In this document: piece after piece, positions 13,795 to 26,900 of the stretch
Position numbering within the stretch: position 1 is the first letter of the stretch
Layout: the number at the start of each line of letters is the position of its first letter
Source: Geosiphon pyriformis uo1
Taxonomy: Eukaryota; Fungi; Glomeromycota
Assembly: GCA_016748015.1 (NCBI GenBank)
Contig: JAAOMT010000430.1
Location: forward strand, 152,232-216,231
DNA: 64,000 nt
Direction: 5' to 3'
Translations under genes and position numbers: made by a program
Notes under the pieces: generated by a model
The model's input: the letters and a program-made list of their open reading frames with translations, nothing else
The model's database searches: none
What the model was told of the DNA's origin: nothing

Positions 13795-15751
13795 ATGTCT
13801 TCCCAAACCATAACAAACACACAAAATACCATGTCTGAAGATATTAAACGTGAATTAGAATACGCTAAGACCCAGTATGGGAGATGCGTGGAGAAGCTAG
13901 ATAGATTAGAAGAGTTGAAGAAGAATCTGAGAGAGAAGGAGGATGTGGACGAAAACCAAAGGAAGAAGTGGATAGAAGAAAAACAAGAGCTGGAAAAGCA
14001 AGAAAAAAAGCTGGAGATAGAGAAGGACGAGTGGAAGGAGGAGCTGCGAAAATGGGCAGAAAAACTACGTGCAGCAATAGATGATACAGGTAACAAATTT
14101 GTAAATTCCACTTTTCCATCCATACAATCTATATTACTATTAATTCATTTTGTAATCATATGCGTTTTATGGAAGGAATATCCATATCTAAGAGAATATT
14201 TGGTGTATAACGCTTATTACTTTCTATTTTCTATGGTTATTATAGAACACCTTGCGAAGCGTGCTAGACTTGACATGCCTGACAACACCTTATCATTTCT
14301 ACAACTTCTCTGTCCTCCCTTCGATGAACCAATCACACGCAGCAATCTTGAACACTGTTTTACCTCAGCGTTACTTCAAAAATTGCCAGCTATATCCCAT
14401 CTTTGCCGGGACTATGGGAATTATCTTGTACCTATAGATTCAGATCCTCTCTACAATGTTCCTAGATTGTTAGCAATCGTCACTACCATTTTCAGCAAGT
14501 CCTTTACCGAAAGTCCTCGGCAAGAACAACGAACCGCAGATGGTATCAATAATCACATTTTGGACATGATTACACTTTTAGGCCAATGTTTCGCAACTCC
14601 ATCACTACGCTGGAAACGTAATGGAAAAATAAATGATACGAGTACCATCACAGATAAGAGCGTTCGGCCAGATATCACAGTTTATTGCAACGACTTGCTT
14701 GTAATGATTGGTGAAGAAAAAGATATTAAGGAAAACATATTAAACGCAGCACAACAACTGAATGATTATTTTCAATTTTGGAATCCACTTGCCTTTGGTA
14801 ACTTACCATTTGTTCTAGCCCTTGCAGCGGGAGGTACACATTTGCAATTTTACTATTACTACGTGGATGATACAACGGGCTTGACACCAAGACGTGAGAC
14901 AATTGGCGAATCTCTGATCCTTGACGGTCTAATCCGAGTATACAATTATCAAGTGCTTCAGTACACAATCAATTTTATTCGGATTCTTCGGACTTTGTGT
15001 CGAGATCAGTACATCACAGCTCCAATATTGAGGCTATACGATGATATCCAACGGTCACATTGTGTTGTTACAATATTCCCCGACAAGATCATTAAAAAAA
15101 TAGACAAACCAAGCATTATTGATCTAGATTTCCATAAAAATTTTTACCAAAATACGCTTCCAGGCTTAGGACCAATCAAGGTTCTTAAGTATTCCCGTAC
15201 AAGTGACTCAGTGATAGTACATTTGGCTCCGGTTGGCTTTACGATATTTCCTAAATGTGAACGCGAGCTGCGAGATGCTATACTGCATGTACTTGTAACG
15301 CTAGAAAAACTTCATAAGATGAACGTCGTCCATCGGGATATTCGCTGGGATAATGTTTTAAGACTCCCGAATGATAGTTGGATGTTAATTGACTTTGAAG
15401 AAGCTGCTCCCTTAGGAGCTTCAAGGTACAGTGATAAAAGAATTTCGACTTACGGTTAGACATGTTTGCTAATTGTTGCTATTTACTTTACAAAGAGATT
15501 CATTGGCTATTGGAGCTCCAGAATATAAATCGGGGGAAGACTTTTGTAGCGCTGCAGGAGATATATGGATGGTTGGAAATCTTTTCAAACATACTAGAAT
15601 TTACAACCATATTTCACTTTCTTCATCCGCTCAACAGTTTAAGGAAAAATTGATGAACAAAAATTCTAATAGTCGACCGACTGCAAATGATGCTCTAAAA
15701 GATGAATGGTTTAATTTGCCAGAGGAGCAATTATCTATAATGCAAGCTTAG
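13795..15751 (+). CDS. Crinkler-type REase + protein kinase protein with N-terminal coiled coil; predicted exons 13795-14089, 14246-15425, 15496-15751 (576 aa)
   Basis: GT-AG introns 14090-14245 and 15426-15495 (branch-like GCTAAT) give an in-frame join. Motifs RPDITV...IGEEK (PD-(D/E)xK), HRDIRWDNVL, LIDFE, APE, DIWMVG, RPTA. CpG retained, unlike the flanking DNA. Confidence 0.85.
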
Positions 15752-16329
15752 ATTTTTAAACACATTAAATGTACTGATGTACAATTATGTTATACAAGTT
15801 TTATTATTTGCTTAAATCAATCTTAATTTTTAAATTTGTCTTTGTTTTTTTATATTTTCGGAATTAAAAAAGTATTTTATTTTTTTAGCTGTTAATGACT
15901 ATTTTTTATTTCAGATTTTTTAAATAATACATTATTTTTGTATAAAAAATATGTGATGTTTATTTTAATTTGTAATAATTTTAAGTTTAAAATATTAATA
16001 TTAACAATTTTATAAAAAAACAAAATTTGATTATGTTTTGTTTGTATGTAACCAGTTATTTAAATTAGTTAAAACAATATTATATTTTAAATAATATATA
16101 TTCTGGCTAATTTATTATATATATTATTAATTAAAAAGATAAAAAAAATTTATATTATTAATTAAACTTAAATAATTAAAAAATTGCAATTTTTTTTTTA
16201 ATTTAATATTATTAAACTTGTTATTTTTGATATAATCAAATTTATTTTATAAATTATGTTAACTTTAAAAACTTTTTTTTGTATATAATATTATTTATAT
16301 AGAAAAATAACAAAATAACAAAATTAATT

Positions 16330-19300
16330 AATTTTTTATTTTTATGTTTAATAAATACAGTTCAATCACTATTTAATATACAGAAACAAACTAAGTAAAT
16401 CTAATTAAATATGATTTACATGTTTACTATATGTGATCAGTTATTTAAACCAATTAAAACAATACTATATACTTATATAAATCTTTATACTATTGATAAT
16501 ATTTAAAAAAAATGAATAAACTTTGTATAATTTAAAACTAATAATAAAAAACTTAATAATATTAAACAAATGAACAACTTTAACTAACAAAACACTAAAC
16601 AAATTTTCAAAACCAACAGTTATCATATTTATATTATTAATTAAATTACTTTTTCTATATTTGCTTTAAACTTTAATTTAAACAACTATAATTTACTACA
16701 ATACTTTTCGACTAAATAATAAACAAAATTAACTACCATTAAAACAGTTTTCTTTTTATTACTAAAAATTAATATTGCCTTATTAGTCTAGTTCTTAAAA
16801 ACAAAGTTTTTACACAAAATTTTCAAAAAAAAATATACAATACTAAGAATAATAACAGAAAATAAGATTTTACCAAAGATTTTTATAAATTAATATGATT
16901 TAGCAGAATTTAGAACAAATAAAGACATTTCTTGAACATATAAAAACATAATTAAACAATTTAATATTATTACACATTAAGCATAAAACATTTAAATAAC
17001 TTTTATTATAGTTTTTTATAGACTGTTTTTATTAAATATATGTCAAAAACAGTTAAAGTTCTGTTAATAATTTTAAAAACATGTAAAAATTTGAATATCA
17101 AACTACAGCTATACTAGTTCAGTCTATAGTCTGATAAATATTATAAACAAAATTATAAGTATTTTTTAATATGACTTAACTATTAACCACAATAAATCTT
17201 TTGCAAATTTCAGCAGAAAATATAAGACAAGACTGTATAATATTACATACAAAAATATCAGCTCAGTTATTGTCTGTATCCTTCAAATAACTTTTAATCT
17301 TTATTTATTTAACAAAAATATTTTTCAATTTAATTAAATTAGCCATATAATATCTCTTTATTTAATACTTGTTTTAAAAATCAAACGGATAAAACTTAAA
17401 CTCTAAAACACATATATTTATAATAACTTGACTGTTTATATGCAAAATTATTAAGCAGAAAAAAAAATACATTTTAATACTAAAACAATTATCTGTAATT
17501 TTAATATTATTAAAAACAACAGTCTATGTATCTTTATATCTATATCTATTTTACTATTAGAAAAATAAGCTATTACTTTACTAACCATTTTTATAGTACT
17601 TAAATACTTCAAAAAATTATTAGTATAAACATTAAAAATATCTGTTTACAATCTATGCAAATATTTTCAAATATTTAAAAATTTTTTTAAACACAAAAAA
17701 TTTAACCAATTAAAAATAAGAGCAATCTTATTAGGTTTAGTAAGAAATTATTTATAAAAACTAAAGCTTTCTTAATTTATAATAGTATTAAGTCTTTAAA
17801 ACTTAATTTTTTAAATAATAAAAAGTCTTTTAATTTACAACTAACTTGTGTTTATTTAATAACTTATTTTTAAAGATAATATTAAAATGTTTTAAAGAGT
17901 AAATTATCTTAAAATAATAAAAATATTCCAAAATTTTGAATATTAAAAAGTAGTAAAAACCACAAAATATGCTAAACAAGTTGTTGATTAAAAAAATCTG
18001 ATTATTTAGAAAAATTTTCACAATGTTTACCAAATAATTGTTTATAAAACTAACTTTTAACTTAACTAAGTACTGTAGTAAGTTTATAAATATTTATTCT
18101 AAAACTTGCAAATTCAAAAAGTAGTGTTTAAATAATTAGCCAAGGATTCTAGTTGTATTAGAAAACTAAACTACTAAAGCTACTTTGCTTTCTGCTTATA
18201 TTTGTTTAAAAAACTTTAATCTATACAGAAATAAATAATATAAAGTTTGATTAAAAAAATTTTTAAGCAAATTGGTTTTAAATCTAAATTTTTTTTTAAT
18301 TATAATATTTCATTTTTAACATATACTTTTAGATATAAAATTAAATTATGTTTAATAATTTACTATAAGTTAAAAAATTGTTAAGACCAAATAAAAAACT
18401 GTTTATTTAACAATATTTTTCTAAAAACCAAATTCAAAAAAAAACTTAACATCTAAATATGCCTTGATAAAACTTGACTTAAACATATTTTCTGTTAACA
18501 AAAAAATTTCAAGTACCTATAAGATTCACTATACTTGACAATAAAAATAGGTTAATTACTAATATATAAAAAAGAATTTACAATTTTTTAATTAATGAAA
18601 ATTACTATTGTTTTGTTATTATTAATAGAAATATTATTAATCTTAAAAAACTTATTAATAATATTCAAAATATACTGTGTTAAAGTTTAATTGTTTTTTT
18701 ATTTAAATTGTATTATTAATAAAAATACCAATTGCAAAAAAAGAAGATTTTTTCTATTAATCTTTACTTTACTCATTTTTGCCACAAAATTAGTGTTGAT
18801 TTTATATTTACATAAATGTTTATGTTTTTTTATTTTACATAATAATAGATTATAAAAGATTTTCCAAAAAAACAGAGAAAATATTTTACTTTGATTAAAA
18901 CTATCTTATACTTTGTAATTATCTAAAAGACAAAAATTAATCATTACTTTGTTGATTTTGTTTATGTATATATTTTTAAAAAACTTAATAAACTTATTAT
19001 ATATCTTAATATACTTCAAATTAGCTTTCAAATAATACTAATTAACTAAATTATATGTTTTGCACATATTCTACAAAACTAATTAAAACTTTTAGCTTTT
19101 TTTCAAAGTATTTTTTACTATTAAACCAATAACAAACACAGAAAATTGGATCAAAGTATTTTTTAAAACCAAAAAATTGGTATTTTAAAAAATATTATAT
19201 TTACTATAAGCAAAAAAATATAATTCCAAAAAATTTTGTTAAAAATTTTTTTGGTCATTTTAATAAATACAATAAACTGTATATTTATAAAAATACTATT

Positions 19301-22300
19301 CTAATCATAAAACTTGAAAATCATTAAAACTTATACTGTTTTTCAAAAAAACTAAAATATTGCTAAAAGTTAAACAAAAATTTAATAGATCTAAAAAACA
19401 TCTCATTACTATGTTATTATAATGTTTTTAAAATTCATTTAATATTTTAAACAAATTAACAACCTTATTATTAGACAGACTATTAATAACTAAAACCAAT
19501 TTATTTATTCAGATTTTACTTATTATATTAAAAAAATATCTTCTTTTATATAACTTAATAATCTATACTAATAAAACCACAAATTAGACAACACTATAAA
19601 TACTTTTTGCTTTTTTATCTAACTTATTATAATTTTATTAATTTTAAGTTTTATTTTATTTGGTTTTAGAACCAATTTTTTCTTAACTGCCAAATAGTTT
19701 AAAATTACTTTTAAAAAAATTATTTTAAAATACATCTTTATTATGCTCTTTTTATTAGAACTAAAACTTTTTATTTGTCTTTAAATTATTTTTTGACAGT
19801 TATATTTTTGGTTATTTTTAACTCATAATATTTAGTTTTTTTATTTTTTTTTTGATTATTAACAAGTAGCTAATAGCATTTATTAACTTTGCACTATTTT
19901 AAAACATATTTTTAACTTTAAAAGACTTTTTATTATTAATAATAGACTATTTTTTAATAAAAAAATTACATTTAATTCTGCTATTTAAGCTTAATTTCTT
20001 TTTAATCTTAGCAATTAGCAATTTTAATTCAAAAAACTTTAAAGATTGTTTGTTTTTTAAGTACTTAAATTTGCTAAATCAATGTCTAAAAAATATTAAA
20101 TTAGCTAAATCTATTATTATTATTTTCAATATTTACTATATAACATCCAAATTATTAAGAATTTTTATGTTTACAAACTTATTTATTATTATTAAAAGCT
20201 TAGCAAAAAAGATTTTCTTAAAACATGTTCACTTGTTATAATTAAGATTTTTAATCTTAAACTTCTATCAATTCTTATTATTATATTTCTAAATTTTATT
20301 TAAATATTTATTTAAAAAACCACTTAAGTTAAAAGAAATTATAACAACTATATAGTTAATATTAAAAAAATTAAACACACCATTAATCTTTTAATTAATT
20401 ACAGCTATTAAAAAATATTTATTAATAAAAATATAATTTATAGTTTTTTTTACACTTTTTAAATTATTTTAAATCAGAAGTTTAACAACAAGATTATTTG
20501 AAAGAGAATTGTACAAATCTAAATTAAAATATTTTTTCAAATTTATATTCTGCTTCATTAAATTTTTATTAAAATTACCATCTAATATTATATAAAAACT
20601 TAAATTAATTGCTTTAGTAATGCATAAATTTATTTTACAAACTTAATCAAAATATATACTAACAAAAATTTTAGCATACAAACTCAGTATTATTATTAAA
20701 AATTTATTGCCAAACGACAGATAGATTAAAAAAAGATGATTAGGAATTTCAAAAACTTTGTATATATACTGAGCAAAAATATTATTTATTACTATTGTTA
20801 CTTTTAAACTTAAATAACCAGTATTTGAACCAGAAATAAAAACTTTTACATCTAAAAATCTGTTTATAATTCAAAACTTAGTTTATTTTTTTAATTTTGT
20901 CTTAATAAATATAAAAACCAAATTGCTAGAATTTTTATGTTATCTAATAACATTTTTTTGTTTAGCCAAATTGTTTATTTCTTTAATATTACATATTATA
21001 AACTTTTAAACATAATTGGTTATTAAAGTAAAAAATATATTAGAAAGTTTAAACCAAAACATAATTAATTTAATCTTATCAAAACTAAATTAACAAAAAT
21101 TTTAAAAGCAATTATCTTTAATTTTAAGCTGTCTATCTTAATAATTAAAATCTTAGAGTTATTTATATCTAAATTTGAAGTTTTAATTATTATTACTAAA
21201 AAAAAATAAAAAAATAATGTCTATAAGTTATCTAAAACTATATCCAAATTTAAACTTGAATTTAAAAACACAAAAACAGATAAAAAATTAAAAAGCAAAA
21301 ACTAAAAGCACCAAATTTGTATTACTTAGCCTTTACACAATACTAAATACTTAATTAACCAAGAATTTCAAAAAATGTTCTAAAAAAACCAAAAAAATAT
21401 CAATAAACAAACAATCTTATAAAGCAAAAAGAGTTTTATTAAAATGTAAAGTACCAAAAAAAAACAAACCAAAACTAAAACCAAAGCAAACATTATTAAA
21501 AACAAAAGTTAATAAAACCACTTGGGCCCATAATTTGTTACCAAAACAGCAAAATATAAAATAAAAAAATTTTGTTAACATATAACTTAGCCAACTAAAG
21601 ACAATTTGCTTTTAAAACAAAATTCTTATATATTCTTAAAAATAAAAGAATAGATGCATTTGGTATATTACAATTCAGAACAGAATATTTAAAATATTTA
21701 TATTTTTCACAATAAACTATATCTAGTCTAATTGATTAATTACATGTGTTTTTTTACCAGTTTTTTTTAATAAAGCATTTAAATTATAAGCAGTTATTTT
21801 TATAGTCAAAATTAATAAAAACATTTTAAATTAATTTTTTAATATTTAAATATTGTGATTTTTTACAGTTTTGACTATATATACTAAATTTTTCTAAATA
21901 AAAATATTTATCTTAATATTAGTTAATTGGCTTAATTTGATTTGGCAAATTTTATTATAGCTTTTTATTATAGTCTAATTAACTATAACTAAATTAATGC
22001 TATTTAACTATATTTAATTACTGTAATGACAATTATTTTTTTGGCATATTTATAAGAATTTTTTAATTACTACAGTCTAATCTGAACAGAATTTTTGTTT
22101 TTTAATATTATTATTTATTATAATGTTTTTTTTTGGCCAATAATATGGTCTTTTTTATGCTTTTCTCTAATATAAATATAGATCTGATTATTTTTTCAAA
22201 TTTTAAATAAGTAGTAGCTCCTCTAAAATTATTGACTAATAAGAATAATTTTTTAATTATTTGAATTTTTACTATTGTTAATTTGTTTTTTACTGTTAAA

Positions 22301-22800
22301 AAATTAATGTTTAAAACAAATAATTTCTTAATAGCTATTTCTATTTGAGTTTTAATAATCTTAAAGTTGATTTAATTTCTATTTAAGAACACTAAAAAAT
22401 GAGAAAAAAGCATAACTTTATTATTATCTAAGATGTATTTCAAAATACTAATAGAAGACTTAATTATTTTACAAATATTAAATCTTTTGGCTTTTGAAGT
22501 GTTTATTTTTATTATTAGTTTTAAACCACTCTTAATATTCGTAAAAAAAACTATTAATATCTTTTTATCTGTATTTATTCCAGTAAATTGTTTAAATATT
22601 TACTTAGTTTTACCAAAATTTATATTTGTTTTATTACTAAAATGTTTAATATTATCTAAAAATATTTTTTGTTTTTAAGTCAAGCTTCTATTAACAGATC
22701 TCAATACCATAATTTTAGTTGGTTTTTTTTAACAATAAAACTATTTATAGTAACAGTTAATTTAAAAACAAAAAGATTTATTTCTTAAAAAATAATAAAA
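16330..22800 (-). mobile_element. Near full-length but extremely AT-eroded LINE (same family as 23943-29301)
   Basis: 3' end 16370 TTCAATCACTATTTAATATACAG matches 23980 CTCAACCACTATCTAGTACAC. Colinear remnants of RNase H, RT (19000-19400), endonuclease start (~21000) and ORF1. Confidence 0.75.
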
Positions 22801-23942
22801 TATATAATAAAAAAACAAAAAAAATCTTTTTTCAAAAATTTGTTTCTTTGAAAATTTGGAATAAAGAAAAGAAAAAAATTATTAATTAAATATTAATATT
22901 ATAAATAATATAATAACTAAAATTTAAAATATACTAAAAAATAAAAATAATTATAAATAATATTAATAAAAAATATTTTGTAATTAAATAAACAAAAACT
23001 TAAAAACTATTTTTATTTTTGTATTAAATTTATTTTATTGTAAATAAAAATTACTATTTTAACTTATAAATTTAAATTATTATTATTATTATTAAAATAA
23101 TATTATAAATTAATAGTAGCTAATATATAAAAACATAATAATAATATAAAATACATGATTAAATAATCTTTAATCAGATTTATAAAGTAATGTATTTTTA
23201 TAAAAAATATGTAATCCAAAAAAATTTTTAATAAAAACAATAAGTTATTAATTATAAAAAACTTTTTAAATTTATAAATATTTTATTTTTATTTTTTTTT
23301 GTTTTTTGATACTATTTTTAATAGTATTTGAAAAACAATTTTTAGTTTTTAAAATTTTTTTAAATAAATAGTATTTATTTTAGTGTTTAATATTATTTTT
23401 AAGATTAAATTAGTTTTAGTTAATTTTTTGTTTAATTTATTGTCTGGTTTTATTAAATTAAAATTTTTATTGATAATTTTATTTTTTTAACTATATTTAA
23501 GATTATAAAATCTTTTATAGTGGTTTTTGTTTTTTTGTTGTATTTTATAATATTTCTTTTAACATATTTTCTTATAACATTAAAAATATTTTTAATGTTT
23601 TTGATATTATTATTTTGATTAAGTTAAAGTTTATTAACTTGTAATAATATATTATTATTTATTTTAAAAATTTTTTTTCTGTTATTGTTATTACTATTGC
23701 TTATTAAATAATATTAATAAAAAAATAGTATTAATTTTTTTTTGGCTTATTTAAAAAGAAGTTAATATTTTAAAATCATTTTTAAATCCAAATTAATTAA
23801 TTTTTTTTTGGTTATATTGTTTTTAAAATTAGGTATTTGATTTTTTAAGTTAATAGTCATAATTGTTTTATTTTCTGTTTTTTAATTATTATTGTTATTA
23901 ATATTTTGTTGTTATAACTTTTAAGTTTTTAATAATTTTAAA

Positions 23943-26900
23943 TTTTTTTATTTTTTATTAATGCAATTAATGAATGAAGCTCAACCACTATCTAGTACAC
24001 AAAACCAGACTAAGTGACCCAAACTAAATACAACTTACATACTTGCTACATGTGGCTAGCCATTCAGATCAGACAAGACAACACTACACTCCTATATAAA
24101 TCTGCACAATACCACTCAAACCAGAAAAGAAATTACATGGCTTATGATAATCAAAGCTAACAGCAAAAGACTCAATTACACCAAGCAATTTAACCATATT
24201 ATTAAACAAAAATGAAGACACACTATAAGACAGCCTGGAAATCATATTATTATCATGAACCAAATCAATCTACTCTATATCTATTCTATGACCAGACCTT
24301 ATCAACTATGTCTTTATGCAATGCAACTTTACAACAAATCTCATATAATTAACAATCTAGGTATTTATCTCTTTCTTATTATTGAAAGCACTATAAGCCT
24401 CTTCACATTATTCTTTCAACACAAATCTCTTACATATTACAGTATACAATCCAATATCCAAGAAGCATTGAGACAGAACTCACAAAATAACAGAAGCAGA
24501 TAAAATAGAACTATTAGCCAAAACAAACCAATGCACAGAAGCTTCAGCCAAGACTTCACTACACACACCAACATTATAAGCATAAGTAAAAGTGTGATCA
24601 GAGAATTCCACCTCATTACACAATAAACACAACATACTAAAGTAATACTTGCTATATATTTTTTTTTTAACTGTTACTGACAGCCACTTGTGCACAGCTT
24701 TTATCAGGTATGTGTGCAGGTTAGAAGATTTCTGATTAGTAAACTCAATAAGCATATGAGAATTAGGATACCATACCTTCATTGTAGCAATCCAGTTTAC
24801 ACACCTGATTAGCACATGTGAAACCACATTGCTACCAGGACTAGCTTCCCAACAGGCACAACAAACTGACTGAAAAATATCCCTAACAAAATGGCAAGCA
24901 TTACCAAAAACAAGTGTGTTCTTAGCTACCAAAAAGTGCTTGCATACTTCAGCCAACAATAAAAAAAGAGAATAAGCAGTCACATTCACCACCAAATCTG
25001 CCACCACATTACCAAAAACTCCTAAATGTCCTTTAATCTTGACTCAAGCCACACTTAGATTCTTTTTCTTGATTAAATTAAAAATATGATGTCTCTTAAT
25101 CCAGCACAGGTTGTGAAAATCAGGCACAACAGAAGACAATTCAGTTATATAAGCATTAATAGCAGCCTGGCTGTTAAGATGCACAGACACTATACTAGAA
25201 GATAAGACACACTCTAAGGACAAAGCAACAGTCTGCAACTTGGCCATAGTAAAAGACACAAGACCACAAACTGAAACATTAATACATAGATTCAAAACCA
25301 GAAAATAAGCAGCTGCCTCATTAACAACATCAGCAAAGCCAGCATCTTTCAATAACTCATCAATGAACACTTTAAAGAAATCAGACCAAATCTTATGCAA
25401 ACCATTCTTTACAACAGAAAACTTATCAGACCCAAGAATGTCCATATCACATAACTAATTGGGTTTTGCAGAACCAGACAAAAAAAAACCTAAACCTAAC
25501 AAATGCTCAGATGCAATCACAAACCAATAAGAAACAGAACCATGTGGATCCAGTCTCTTCCAATGACAAAAAGTTTTCTAATTCAACACCCCATTCTTTT
25601 TATCAAAAAGTTGATCACCAAAAGCAATCCCAAAACACCTTAGAGAACAAACAGGATTAAAGCACAAGGACTTTTCAAGGACCAATAACAGTGAAAAATG
25701 ACCAGGAATATGAAAAACATTTGAAAGATTGTTTACTAAGAAGAACTCATTATCCAAAAAAATTTTCACCAATTCTGCTAAAAAATTATTTACTGGATTA
25801 ATATGAAGCTTGACAGAAAACTGTAAAGAATTCAAAAGAGTCCAACTCAGAACCTGCAAGTCCAAAAATCTATGACTAAACAAGTGTCCAAAAATGTCCA
25901 AAGCATTGAAAAAAAAGACCAAAACAGCCATCTTTACTTTAGACTGCACTTGCATAAAAGATTTCAGACTATACAAGGGAGGATAATGTAAAGCCATATC
26001 AGAAAAGTCATTGAACAGACATACTTTTAGCTTGAAATCTTTTCTTATTATAACATCTCACTTGTGACACATATTTGATAAAATAAAACTGAATTGAGTT
26101 CAGTAATTGATTATAGGCTACAAGACAGCTAACACCAAATAAAAGAATTGCTTATCTGTAATAGTCTTCTAAAGCACAACATTAACAAAAAAATAAACAT
26201 TAGAATGAGTTTTGACAACACTCAGCTTGAACAAGCCATTAATAGACAAAAAAATTTCCAAATAATGATGAGTTTCACCTCTCTTGACAATTGTAATTGA
26301 TTGACCACAAATATTCAATGAAGCAATTTTAATTTCTTGATTGATGAGGATAGCCACTGTTTTTTTATTGTTGATAAAAATGTCATTGATTTTAAAAAAC
26401 TTAGTGGCAATGTCCAAAGCAAACTGAGTAGATGTCTGACAGTTCCCAATCCAAATAGTGTCATCAACAAATGCATCTACTGCAAAATAAGAAATTATCT
26501 TACTACTAGTCTCAATTCTGCCTGTTTTAGAAATGAACTTAGTATCAATACAGTACTCATACAAATGTTCATGCCTCTTAACTTTACACAAGAGTGGATT
26601 ATAAAAAATCTGCTACAGAAAAGGTGAAAAAAACCTTATTCTAATCTAACTTATCATGTATTCTATAACTATTTGACAAACCAAAATCAGTTATCACTCT
26701 GTTAACTCTATTTTCATGTATACTACCAAAAAAATTGATAAATCTTTTATACATTTTGACATGCTGCAAGCTATTTTTCAAGTGGTGCCATCCAACTGAA
26801 TTATAAGCTTTCTGTATATCTTGTAAGGCCAACCAAATTTCCTTATTCTTTTCAAAAACATCTTCAATCATTGACCCAACAGCAAACACTAAAGACTGCA

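Noticed and set aside
13795-15459. 554-aa single-exon ORF as the true protein
   Set aside because: It includes a probable intron and ends inside intron 2; kinase motifs APE and DIW lie in the next exon.
22800-23942. Possible further decayed element in the AT-rich tract
   Set aside because: Too eroded to assign by eye.
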